A stretch of DNA of 64,000 bases from Trichosphaerium sp. ATCC 40318 (taxonomy: Eukaryota; Protista; Tubulinea), in assembly GCA_038496445.1 (NCBI GenBank), contig JALMLS010000142.1, positions 1 to 64,000 on the forward strand. The letters run 5' to 3'. A model generated the notes under the pieces. That model had not been told where the DNA came from. It made no database searches and saw only the letters and a list, made by a program, of their open reading frames with translations. Position 1 is the stretch's first letter. Each line of letters opens with the position of its first letter. The translations under genes and the position numbers were made by a program. Positions 13,444 to 25,810 of the stretch are shown piece by piece.

Positions 13444-14401
13444 TTTTTTTTTAGTACTAAAAAAAGTCACCAACACAAACAACAAAAGTGTAAACAAGAT
13501 AAATAATGTTACTCAACCTGACAGGTGTCTTTGTTCATGATGTTGTAGGATACAGAAAGAATTGTTACATATTGTTCTTTGTATTAGACAGGTAAGAAGC
13601 TGGCTACAACTCAGTTTCCGGTTTGTGGAGACATGTTGAAAATGTTACAACATCAACAAGCAACATTTTTTGATGTAAACAACAAAGAGTACAATAAGGT
13701 CCTAAAATATTCTCACGTTTATCTGTACCTGGCTTCAGTACTAGTTAATTAACTTGACGTTAGTATGGTTACATACCGTAGTATCTAAGTACGCGTATCA
13801 CGTGGTAGTGTCAAATTCCAATGGTCTTCGAGAATATGTGACGACAGAAAACTTATTGATGTGGGGCGTAGTGTCAAGAAATGTATTGGAGAAAAAACAA
13901 CTCAATACAATCTAATGTTGACCAAAAAAAGCCCAAATTACCGCGGTAATAAGAAATGTCGTTATGGTGATAGCTACCTTACAATACGCGTAAAAATGAA
14001 ACAGTGGTGCAATGTCGTCATTACATCAGAATAAGGAGAAATTCGTTGTAGGTTTCTAACCAACCACAAATCTAAACCATGCGCGTAGACACGTAACTTT
14101 ACGTATGACTGATTTCTTTAACTAGCAGTTTCAAAAACGATTGCTGACGTCTTAATTACTGCAAATTACTCAAGAAATTTACTGTTGATAGCGTATCAGA
14201 TAAAGTACGTACGTCATAAAACGTTACGGGGTACCTTAAGGATGAATTCGTTAAGTTGTACCTAATTAGGGAAAAAGATGCTCCACGCGATCGAAAATTT
14301 GCTGTCGCGTGGTTCCTGGTGGAGAATTGGCGGACAATATTACCGCCGTATACAGTAAATTGGCCTACTAACGTTACAACAAAAGCACAACTTATTCTAA
14401 A

Positions 14402-15093
14402 ATGGCTCAACTGCAGAATTCGATGTAAGTTGGAAATTACTTACACTTCCCAACGCTTTTACTTACGGGGCTTCTAGGCTTACTTCTCTACCACTAGAAC
14501 TGCAACATATCATTTTTAACGTAAATCCAGACGTGTACAAAGTATGGCCTTTAATTTGTCGTCAAAACAGCGTAACGTCTCGTTTCACGCACTCTTTACA
14601 AAAATCTGGACGTTGGAAGCGGTTTAATGATCAAAAGCTTACAAAAACACAAATATTTGAATCAGGCACACTAGAAGGTGAATGCAAGTGGTATTATCCC
14701 AACGGAACACTTTTTGAACACTGTTTTTACACAAACAACAAATTATCAGGCAATTACAGAAATTTTAACGAATCTGGAAATCTTGTCCGTCTATGTCAAT
14801 ATAAACAAGGTATACTACACGGACATTATACTGAGATGGATGACTACGGTAATTTATGGAAGTTTTGTACATACAAAGAAGGTATTCTTCACGGAGAATA
14901 TTTAGAATTTTGGTCAAACGGACAACAGAAGAAGACTTGTAAATATGTAGATGGTGTTATTTCTGGTGCTGTAAATACTTGGGATCCTAGAGGACAATGT
15001 ACATCTAAACTACAATCCGCAAAAACGGAACAAAATACAGTGGCAGAGCCACTTGTACCTGTCGATCATAGAAGACCGGTTGCGAGCTGTTAA
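14402..15093 (+). CDS. F-box-like + MORN-variant repeat protein
   Basis: ATG at 14402 and an intron at 14425-14477 (GTAAGT..TTCTAG) give MAQLQNSMLTSLPLELQHIIF..., followed by GECKWYYPNG and GEYLEFWSNGQ repeats. Confidence 0.8.
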
Positions 15094-15477
15094 ATAATAA
15101 TACCAACAATTTTTTCTCACAAAGTCTTTGCGCTCGCCTTCTACTTTCAGTTTTTCTATTAGACGCGCCGCATTGTTATATCAATGGTTGACGGATTAGT
15201 ACGGAGTGGTTCTCTAGCGCCAGTTGCTCGTTGTGGTTGGCCAGCGAGTTCTTGTAAACATTGCCTTAATCATCTTTGTTTTGCTCTTAGCAACAGTTCC
15301 ATACTCGTTCTCAATTTAAAACACCACGTGACGTGCAAGTTCTTTCTCGACAAGTTTCATAGCATGTTATAACTTCGCGGCCGTAGTTGTCAGTGCGGAC
15401 TGACGATTCTTTTTTTTTTTGCCTAAGTCAGGTGTATTCCCAAGGTGCATTATTCATTTGTCGAAAGTTAGTTATAA

Positions 15478-18400
15478 ATGGAGGGTGAACTGGCATCCCG
15501 ATTTTTTAAATGCTATGAGCACCCAACGCCTGCGGAAGGTATATTACGCTGTTGCATAACGTTGTAGACTTATTGTGATGTGTAGCATGGATTATTCAAC
15601 CAAATCAGTTGTTAACGCTCTGGAAGCAACCAGATGTAAAGAATAACGTGAATAGAAAGTTTTTGCGTAGTTTCACAACAGACACGCTTGCCAGTACAAA
15701 TTTTCCACAACAACTGCATAATACGGTTGCCACCGTTCCTTCTCCTTCGGGGTCTATGTTGGTATCTTTTAAAACCTCATCTGAGGATAACAAGACGAAA
15801 AACTTTATTGAGGTACTAGAGACGCCCGAAATGACATATCTTGAGTGTATTGATTCGAAATGTAACGTTTATGTGGCTTTTAGATATGGAATAAGTCAAG
15901 ACTCGTATGTAGTATACAAACGGATGATATTCACGGTAAACTTTACAGTGGCGAGCGTTTTGGTTCGTTTGCTTGGTCCTCTGATGAGAATTACTTGGCG
16001 TATGTTGCCGACAAGAAACAAGCTAAAACAGGTAACTACTGGGATAAGCAAGAAGGCACGTGTTCCGACTGTAAAAAAGAATTTCTTCGGTTCATCACGT
16101 GACGTTTTTTCTTTTGGCTAAATTTTATCTTTAGAGGGATCAAAAGCAAACCTTGGTGATAATTATGTATTCAAAGAGGATTGGGGAGATACATACACAA
16201 CTGGAAATCCTTATATCTTCATGATTGATGTATCTCATAAGCGTATTGTTGAATTTGAAATAGACATTACAGAAAAATTATCGTTTGGAAATGTATGTTT
16301 TTTACACTCCTGCCTCTTACGCTTGTTTGTGGACTATCTCTACTTTTTATTGATATCTTCTTAGCCTATATTCCATCCACAGAAGCCTATTCTAATGTTT
16401 GAGGGTTATAATACTGAGCCACGAAGGTTGGGTATTATTTATTGTTATAATCGTCCTTGTGGTATTTATACTATTGATATGACCGAAGAGTTCAATCCAT
16501 TGGGTACATGGTCGTGTGTAAAAGTTTTTTAACCATATTTAAGATCTAAGAGATCCATTGGTAAAAGTACAAGTGCATGCAAGTACGTCATTTCCACATG
16601 CAATAAAATCTTTTAAGAAAAAAAGGTCACTTATCATTTTTTTTCTATAGCAAGGATTGACATGCCACATTGGGAAGCCTACAGCCCAAGATTTTCTCCA
16701 AATGGAGATTTTATTGTATTCTTAGCATACAGAAGTACGACAGGAACTCATAATACGTGTATGGAGTTGCACAAGGTAAAAAAAGAACATAACAAAAAGT
16801 TATACTTATTTTGTTTTATAGTACTCTATGGAAAAAAAGGAACATTCAGTGTTGGTAGCTCAAGTGTCTCGTAGTAACAATGAAGACGAATTTGGTGGTA
16901 TATATGCAATTGAATTACCTCAAAATTGCTTTGTTACTGAGAATCATATTATCATACAGACGCTATGGAGAAGTTCTACGGTATGTGAATTTGTTACTTG
17001 TTTTTTGAAAGTTATCACAAATACTTGCCACCTCGTGCAGTTTATGTTAAATCATAAATCAGAATTTCTGTTTATTTAAAATGGAACACATCACTTGGGA
17101 GTTTTTGAATGACTCTCAAGTGATGAGAGTCTTTGATTTGCTTGCTCTATTACAAGTTTTGAAAACAATGTATAAGAGTTTTTGTTTCTTACCTTTTTTT
17201 GAAAGAGACTTGTTCATGTTGATCTTTCAAACGGATCAGTAAAACCTCTAACACCACGTACGTTGTAAATTAATATCAGAAAAAAAAATGCCACGAAAGG
17301 AACGTAATAATGAAGTTGACTTGTTTCTATCAAAATAGTTGACATGGTAACAAAAGTACTTGCTATTGGTAATGATAAGGTATTCGCTGTTGAGAGTAGT
17401 CTTCAACAAAAACCTACACTAGTATCCTATGATATAACTACAAAGGACGATATCATTACTCTAGAGAAAAGGAACGCTTACACTGAAGATACAAATAATA
17501 TCCCAGCAACAAAAACAAAAGTATTAAAGTCAATTGCAACCAGGAAGAATGGATACAATATCGAGTATTTTATGCTATTACCTAATAAACAACAAGTCAA
17601 AGATGAATCTTTACCACTTGTAATGTATCCACATGGTACGTAGTAGTTCCTTTTCACGAAATTGTACTTTTTTTTTTTTCTACTTTTTTTCTGTTTTTTC
17701 TTCTTGGCTTGTATGAGCCTTCTCATACTTGATATCAAGTATGGGAGGTTGGCTATGAGCTCACAAAACAATTGAACACTTGTATTGATCGTTTTGTTTT
17801 CAAACTGAAGTGGTTATGTCGTATTAATCAATAAGAAAGGTGGCCCACATTCGGCTTTTACTATGGATTATTCTGCAATTATGACATTCTTGGTCGGGTT
17901 GGGTTACGCTGTTGCAGTACCTAATTATCGCGGTTCCATTGGATACGGACAAGATTTCGTAGATGTGCTTCCTGGTAATTGCGGTACTTTTGAAGTACAA
18001 GACGTGCAGGTACATTACAAAACAACTTTAATTAGTGAAACATGATTCTTTTAACGTGTTTATAGCTTGTCATGGAAGACATTTGGAAGAAAAACCCCGG
18101 GTTAGTAAGTAAGGAAAACATTGGTGTCATGGGAGGAAGTCACGGTGGATTTACCGCTACACAACTTATTGGACAGGACCCTCGGTAAGGGCACCTTTCT
18201 TGCTCTCATTTTATTAACACTGTTTCTAGCTTCAAAGTTGCGGTTGTTAGAAATCCTGTATGTTCTGTTTGTTGTAACCTCAAATGCCCACTTGTTTACT
18301 GTATTTTAGGTAATTAATATTGCTGCGTTGGCAATAGTATCTGATATCCCTGATTGGAGTTTAATGGAAGCGACAGGAAGTTGTAAAACAAAATTAACTG

Positions 18401-18968
18401 GCGATGTTTTAAAGGTATTTGTATTGGACTCTATTTTCCCTTCTAACCGTCCTCTTTTAAAGAAAATGCATGAAATGTCACCTATTGCACATGTTGACAA
18501 AGTAAAGGCACCAACTTTGGTACGGCTTAGAACCCTACTTCGAACTTTTTTCTCACGGAAACACTTCGTTCTTCTTTTTTTCTTACTATTTGATAGCTTC
18601 TCCTCAGCACCGGCGATAAACGTGTGCCTCCATCTCAAGGTAGTTAATATGTTAACTATATAAAGTTCAAGTGGTCAAGTTGTTCGCAATTAGAACATGT
18701 ATAAGTACTATCTATTGCGAACAAGTTGACCTCCCTTACTAGTTGTGAGTGACAATTAACACTTAAATTATAGGAAAAGAGTATTTCTATGCACTAAAGG
18801 AGCGTGGTGTAGAGACTGAGATGATTGTGTATCCAGACGAGGTAAGTAGTATGTTTGTGATTATCTGATTGTGATTTGTACCTGTAGTATCACGCTGTTA
18901 TACAACCTGAACATCTCGCTGATTTTTGCATTAAACATGCTGTATGGTTTAATAGGTATCTAAAGTAA
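15478..18968 (+). CDS. APEH: Acylamino-acid-releasing enzyme (peptidase S9C)
   Basis: EDWG, RRLGIIYCYNRP, SPRFSPNG, PLVMYPHGGPH, NYRGSIGYGQ, catalytic GGSHGG, SPIAHVDKVKAPTL, GDKRVP and a C-terminal catalytic His exon. Confidence 0.92.
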
Positions 18969-19061
18969 CACTTTTACAAGAAAAAAGAAAACAGAGAGAG
19001 ATACAAGAGCGAGAGCAAGCCAGCCTTACGGTAATAAACTAACACTTAAATTACATTATCC

Positions 19062-19904
19062 TCAACATATGATACACCCTTTCTCTCGTTTACCATTGAC
19101 ATAAGTAGATTGAGACTTCAATGTGCCATCAATGTTCCATGTCTTTTGCTCTCCATGAAGCTCGCCTTTTACATAGTGGGCAACAGCCTTTAGTTGCCCA
19201 TTTTTAAACCACCTCATTGCCTCTCCTTCAAGTTTACCATTAACATAGTTACATTGCTTACGCAGTTGACCATTTGGAAGCCAAGATTTTGCTTCACCCT
19301 CCATGTTACCTCTGACATAGTAACACTGATCACTTAACTTTCCGTTATCATGCCACATTTTGTATTCTCCTTCGAGTTTATCATTAACATAGTTTCTAAG
19401 CTCGTACTGCTTTCCAAACTCATCCCAACACTTGTACTCTCCTTCTAGTTTACTATTGGCATAGTAACATTGATAACGTAATTGACCATTGAAGAACCAT
19501 TGATTTTGTTCCCCTTCAACAAAATCTTGAACATAATTACACTTCATTTGAAGTGTACCATTATCATGCCATTTCTTGTACTCTCCTTCAAGCTTACCTT
19601 TAACATAACAACCCTCTACTTTCAATGGACCAAAATCATACCATTTCTTAAACTCTCCTTCGAGTACACCATGATTCCAATGGTATTGTTGTAGTACTTG
19701 TACATTCGACTCATCAACTTTATTCCTTTTTATCCATTTGCCTTGTTTTTTGAAATCACAGTCAAACCTTGAACTCACAGCTGTTTGTTTTGATAACAGA
19801 GGCCATTGAACGTATAATTTAATATCCAAATCGACAATATCGAGTAGTAGCTCAGTAGGAAGACCCAATAAATGGCAAAGATTCGATTTTGTACCAGTAT
19901 TCAT
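19062..19904 (-). CDS. F-box-like + MORN-variant repeat protein (intronless)
   Basis: LLGLPTELLLDIV N-terminus and about eight 24-aa YVxGKLEGEYKxWxxNGxL repeats. Confidence 0.88.
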   Translation of the reverse strand: MNTGTKSNLCHLLGLPTELLLDIVDLDIKLYVQWPLLSKQTAVSSRFDCDFKKQGKWIKRNKVDESNVQVLQQYHWNHGVLEGEFKKWYDFGPLKVEGCYVKGKLEGEYKKWHDNGTLQMKCNYVQDFVEGEQNQWFFNGQLRYQCYYANSKLEGEYKCWDEFGKQYELRNYVNDKLEGEYKMWHDNGKLSDQCYYVRGNMEGEAKSWLPNGQLRKQCNYVNGKLEGEAMRWFKNGQLKAVAHYVKGELHGEQKTWNIDGTLKSQSTYVNGKREKGCIIC

Positions 19905-20155
19905 CTATTTATCACCAATCCTCAAATTGAACGATGTGAACTAGGTACAGGAAGTGGTAGAGCGATGTTATGATAACTCCGGTGTTACTCGCTATTAGTG
20001 TAGCGAGAAATTGACTTTTTGTTATTGGTTTGTGTACATAACTAAAGTCAACTCCGGTCCATCTAGATCACGTTTACGTACTTAATACAATATCACCACA
20101 AACCTGCAAACAAACTTTCGCTTTAAAAAAAATACATTAGCTAGGAAATTATATA

Positions 20156-21093
20156 ATGAACTCAACTACAGCATTCTTTGATGAGATTCCAGTAGAATAA
20201 TAATTATTATTCTACAATTCGTTTCCACGTTATCTATGCATTCCGTTGTATGTACGTGTACGTTATTATCAAATGTAGCAACACAGCACCTGGGATTTGA
20301 ACTGAAACCGGCTAATACTGTGGTTAATACAAAGAAAGAACTAAAACAACTGTACAAACAATCATCCCCACATATCAGAAAGACAACTAAAATAATTCTT
20401 AAGTTCCCTATTAAACAAAAGCATTTGAAGTACCTACAAGGAGTGTATGCACTCAAAATTCGTAGAATGGAACAGCCAGACTGTATGGACTTTACAGATT
20501 TTAAAGTGATTGACAGTATCAACTTTACTTATTGTCACTTTGTAACTGATGAGCATCTTCACCAACTATCTAAGGTTACAGATGAAGGTGTCAAAGATTT
20601 AGCTGGTGTACATACAATTAGAATTAATCTAGCATGGTGCAACGTTACAGATAAAGGTGTTAGAGCATTGGCTGGTGTTCACAACATTTGCTTGAATGGT
20701 AATACAGATAATGGTATTAAAGCATTGGTTGGTGTTTATGAAATTCATTTGGGTAGTTGTAGCAAAGTTACTGATAAGAGTATTAAAATGTTAGTTGCGT
20801 TCACACCATCAATTTAAGGAATACAAAAGTGTCAGATGCAAGCATTAGCTGGTATTCATTCAATTACTGTATCAGGGTGTAAAGTTACAGATAATGGTAT
20901 TAAGGCATTGGTTGGTGTTAATAGGATCAATGTATTAAAATGTAGTGTGACAGATGATGGAGTTAATGCATTAGATGGCGTTAGAGAACTTAATGTTTCT
21001 CATTGTCAGAATGTTACAATTACTAGTATTGATGGGTGTTATGTTTTAACCAATGAAGCAATGCCTTTGGTTTATTTTAATGAGGACCTATAA
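20156..21093 (+). pseudogene. Truncated, frameshifted copy of the F-box/LRR gene at 30345-32369
   Basis: The 5' ~410 nt are nearly identical to the reverse complement of 31955-32369 but carry a 1-nt deletion (GTAGAATAA, creating a stop). There is a large internal LRR deletion, a second frameshift near 20797 and a divergent 3' tail. Confidence 0.8.
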
Positions 21094-21353
21094 ACATTTA
21101 TTATTGTCTATCTGTAGTGTAAAAATGAACATTTATTTAAGCAGCAAAAACACTCACTCTCAATACTCTTTCTAAAGTGTGTAACAATCGGTGATATGTT
21201 TGTTGTTTTTAAGTTTGCTTTGTCAGCTGTATATCTTTAAGAAGGAATGCAAGTGCCTTAAAAAAGAGGAGTGATGAAATGCTGACATGGTATTGTTTTA
21301 TTGCTTTCTCAATTACAAAACATAGTGGGTGTTATGCTGACTTAACTATATTA

Positions 21354-22303
21354 TTAAATCCTGCGACAACACGTAGGAACTTCACATACAGGACCTATGC
21401 TCTCACAGTTTGTAATGAAAGGGAATTGGTCAGAAAAACAACTAGAAAACAGAGATTGTTAGCTAACATCTGTTTTCTGACTATTAACAAGAGTACCAAT
21501 CACTGCCGGAGCCTCCTGTTATCACCAATGCCGAATTGATTTGAGTGGCAGTGACTATATCACATCCAGCACCTCCATCAACAACCACTTCAGGTGTACT
21601 ACCAGAAAATTGACGAAGGGTAATTACATCATTGCCTGGCCCAGTAGAAATACCTTGTATAGTTGCTCTTGCAACATCAATTGAATCATCACCTGCACCA
21701 GTATCAACAGGTCCAAATTCCCCGTTTCGTATGATAATAGTATCACTACCTCCACCAGCTTTTATAGAGTTGTGTTTAGGTTCAGTCCCTGTAGTTAAAT
21801 GGTTTTCCTATTAATTAAATTGATTGAGTCCCTGGTTCAAGTCCCTTCAAGAGAAAATTCTTTCTCATTTTAAAAAGCTGTTGGCCAATTCCAAATTCCA
21901 CCGGATAACCCCCAAAAGAGTGGGTTGCGGCAGGTATGATGGGATGAAAGCTTATAAATGAGTTGATATTGACTAGTGATGTTGGTTTGATTCTTGGGAA
22001 CGACCAGGCATGCTGTGCCTGGGTGACCACCCACAAAAACAACTAGCAATCTCCAGACTAGAGGCAAGGTAAAATATACGGTTGTCAGCCCCCTCATACA
22101 TGGATGATTCAAATACAAATAGAAAAATAGACTGCCATTTGAAAATTAATACATGGTGCTGGAATGGAAAGGTTCAAACCCTTAACACAGAAATGTGCTC
22201 CACAAATATAATTTCATTGTAGTTGTGTAAAGTTGTAAAACCTGATTGAAAAACATCAATGTTGTATACTGGATGGTGAGACATCCCAATAAAAACCATA
22301 GAC

Positions 22304-22334
<31 letters not shown>

Positions 22335-23219
22335 TTGTGTTAGTTAGTATGTTTTAAAGAAACGTCTAGAGGGCGTACTTGCAACACTTCGAATTTCCAT
22401 ATTTTGGAGCTGAATACAATTATCGCCACCAGCGTCTGTTATGTCACCATAATTTTGTGCTGATATTTCATAGCAGTTGTTTCCAGTCCCTGCAGTAACA
22501 CTATTCAACCTAAATGAAGTGTTAAGAATGAATAAGTTGTAGTACATACATAACTGGACTAACTGGGCGCACAGCTCCATACAAAAAGTCATTGTTACCA
22601 TCACCCATTGTAATGTCCATAAACGCTTCGCCACTACTTAAATTTATACAGTTATCGCCCTCTCCTGTAGAACTGATTTTAGAACCTTTTGTGAAGCTTG
22701 GTTGAGTACCCATATTGATGGCTGAGTTAAACGTAAATTCGTTCTGAGCCATGAGATAGTCATTACCTCCCATGAGATCAATTGCACCTGTTACGGTACT
22801 GTCTGATTCAAGGAGAATGCAATCATCGCCTGCTGTTCCCGTTACTGATCCCACAACTGATGTCCCTGTGATTGCAAAGCAGGATCCAGTAACTGTTGTA
22901 TTTTGTAAATGTAAATCAAGTAATTTTGCAAAATAATATCACGTGTGTTTTCAGTCTTGTTGGAAAATACATTTTTGTACTGAAAAACAAACGAAGAACT
23001 TTCAAATTAAAACGTACGATCTGTTTGGCTGGTGTCACCGGTTATCATCGTACAGCTGGCTGCCATAAAATCGCAGCTACTACAAGCATCACAACCGCAA
23101 TTACATGATTGTGCTTGTACAAGGGTAGAGAGTACAGTTAAACCTAAAATCTTGTTAAAAACGTAGTCGGGTTGAGCAAGAGATTTACTTAAAACGAGCG
23201 TAATAGTATGCATATTCAT
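21354..23219 (-). pseudogene. Secreted RTX-like (GGxGxD beta-roll) protein, copy A, probably inactivated
   Basis: Paralog of 24524-25810. A SINE sits between the TACTAAC branch point and the acceptor of one intron, and the last acceptor reads TTACAA instead of TTACAG. Confidence 0.7.
21777..22330 (+). mobile_element. SINE-like retroposon (554 bp) with tRNA-type internal promoter, poly(A) tail and 11-bp TSD
   Basis: TSD AGAGTTGTGTT at 21766-21776 and 22331-22341. A box TAGTTAAATGG at 21792-21802, B box GGTTCAAGTCC at 21834-21844, AATAAA then A25 at 22306-22330. The element is absent from the equivalent intron of paralog B (~24935). Confidence 0.88.
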
Positions 23220-24523
23220 CAAGAGATTATGAAAAGATGCTGAACTTGCGAGGAGTTTACGAGATTTGCTTATTAAACTGTGAATTGATCACTCTGAGCT
23301 TGGATTCACATTAAAGTTTGTACATTAAGATGAATAGGAGCTATTGTATGTATTTAAGTGTTTGTAATTAGAATAAACTAGATACAAGTCACAATTGTTC
23401 TGTTGTATTTGGCGACGCGATACCTGGACGTCATGACAAAATTGGAGGATAGGAGAGATGGTTGCACATGGATTTTATGGATTCTAAACCCACCCCTTAA
23501 CTAACAATTGGATTATGTTAACACCATCAAGCCCAATGTGAAGTTTACATGTTAATTCTAGCCATCCTTATTTGGCTAGATTGAACTTATCCATTGATGC
23601 TCAATATTAACTTCCTTGCTAGTAAATGGTTCGACCTATTCTTTGTTTCATTTATAACTCAAATCGTATTTTTTTCGTGATTTTTGTTTTGAAAATTTCG
23701 CACAATTAGGTTATTATTTTTTCATTACAGGCTTGAAATAACCAAGGAGTTAAGTTGATCAGCCTGGATAGATTGTCGATATCCAATGTAGCGCCAACTT
23801 CATCTGATACTTGCTCCAAGGAATAGCAAGTTATACACCACCTGTGTTAAGAATAAAATTCACCACAACCAAAGTATTAAGCTCGAAGCGAATACTGTTC
23901 AGTGTAGTGATAGGCTGCTATTGGCTATCTTATTGGCTGTGATGTCTTTGTAGTGGAAAGACTGGTGTATTTCTATCATATTCGACAGAATAAAGTAGCT
24001 GGAGATGTCAAGCCAGTACTTGCGCCATACCAAGTTCAACTAAAGACTGACTCTTGAAAAATAGCATAGCTTTGTGGTGTTGTTAGCAAATTTGATTGTA
24101 CCTAACGAACGACGATTCTAGCGTGTATAAGCTCTGTAAGCAAGATGCCCCCAAACTAATTTTAGCTTGTACTAACGTTTCTAAGGTTGATCATAGTTTA
24201 TGATGTTTGTCCACTTTAAGCAAACTTGGACTGTAAGTTAAACCACCTCAATATTTCAAGGTTCAGACAAGACATTAAAGGTACAGATGATATTACATCA
24301 TTGGCTGAAGCTATTGCACACGTATTATAAGTAAATGCATTTTGCGTTAGCAGGGTCATAAAATTGCAGGGATAAAGGTTACATGAACTAAGGCAAGGGC
24401 AAAGAAAAAATTACTTCTTTAAGAACCAACACAAGCCTTTTGTTATAAAAGTATGAAGTGATATATCACTGTCATTTATTGCTATTACAACATTATAGGT
24501 GTTACTTTTTACTTAGTACGTTA

Positions 24524-25810
24524 TTAAATCCTGCGGCAACATGTAGGCGGTTCGCATACAGGACCTATGCTCTCACAGTCTGTAATGAAAGGGAATTGGT
24601 CAGAAAAACAACTAGAAAATAGAGATTGTTAACTACATCTGTTTGTTTACAAAATATGTGTACCAATCTATGCCAGAGCCTCCTGTTATAGTCAAGGACG
24701 AACTGAATTCATTGGCAGTGACCATATCACACCCAGCGCCTCCATCAACAACTACTCCAGATGTACCACCACCTAGTTGACGAAGGGTAATTACATCATT
24801 GCCTGGCCCACCAGAAATATCGAGTATGTTCGCTTGAAAAACATCAATTGAATCATCACCTGCACCAGTATCAACAGTTCCAAATCCCCCGTTTCGCATG
24901 ATAACGGTATCACTACCCCCACCAGCTGCTGTAGATTTGTGTTAGTTAGTATGTTTTAAAGAAACGTATAGAGGGCGTACTTGTAACACTTCGAATGTCC
25001 ATTGAATTGAGCTGAATACAATTATCGCCACCAGCATCTATTAGGTCACCATACTTCACTGACTCTATTTCATAGCAATTGTTCCCAGTACCTGCAGTAA
25101 CGCTATTCAATCTAAATGAAGTGTTAAAGAATGCATAAAATAATTCATTGCATACATAGTAACTGGAGTAAATGGGCCCATAGATTTGTACAAAAAGTCA
25201 TTGTTGCCATCACCCATTGTAACGTCCATAAACGCTTCGCCACCATTTACATTAAGACAATTATCGCCCTCTCCTGTAGAACTGATTTAGAACCTTTTGT
25301 GAAGCTTGGTTGAGTACCCATATTGATGGCTGAGTTAAAAGTAAACCCATTCTGAGCCATAAGACAGTCGTTGCCTCCCATGAGATCAATTGCACCTGCT
25401 ATTCTACTATCTGATTCAAGGAGAATACAATCATCGCCTGCTGTTCCCGTTACCGATCCCACAGCTGAAATCGCCGTGATTACAAAGCAAGAGCCAGCTA
25501 CTGTTGTAGTTTTGTTAACGTAAATCAACAAAGTAATGCTTCTCGAAAAATGTCACGTGCTGATCTCGTCATTTGAAAAAACGTTTTGACCCGAAAAACA
25601 AAACAATCAAACGTACGATCTGTTTCACTAGTGTCACCAGTTATCGTCATACAGCTGGCTGCCATAAAATCGCATCTACTACAAGCATCACAACCGCAAT
25701 TACATGTTTGTGCTTGTACAAGGGTAGAGAGTACCGCTAAACCTAAAACCTTGTTTAGAAACAGTTGAGCAACAAAGAGATTTACTTAAAACGAGCGTAA
25801 TAGTATGCAT
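24524..25810 (-). CDS. Secreted RTX-like (hemolysin-type Ca-binding GGxGxD repeats) protein with Cys-rich caps, copy B
   Basis: Signal peptide, then CNCGCDACSRCD, then repeats GTAGDD, MGGND, GEGDN, GDGNND, GTGNN, GGGSD, GAGDD, GPGND, GGAGCD and GGSGID, ending DCESIGPVCEPPTCCRRI*. Introns are canonical. Confidence 0.75.

Noticed and set aside
13540-14035. Possible small multi-exon gene downstream of the Cys-rich peptide
   Set aside because: Open stretches exist but there is no confident start, splice model or family similarity.
21785-21860. Functional tRNA gene
   Set aside because: A and B boxes are present but I cannot fold a cloverleaf with acceptor and anticodon stems. It is the head of a TSD-flanked poly(A) element.
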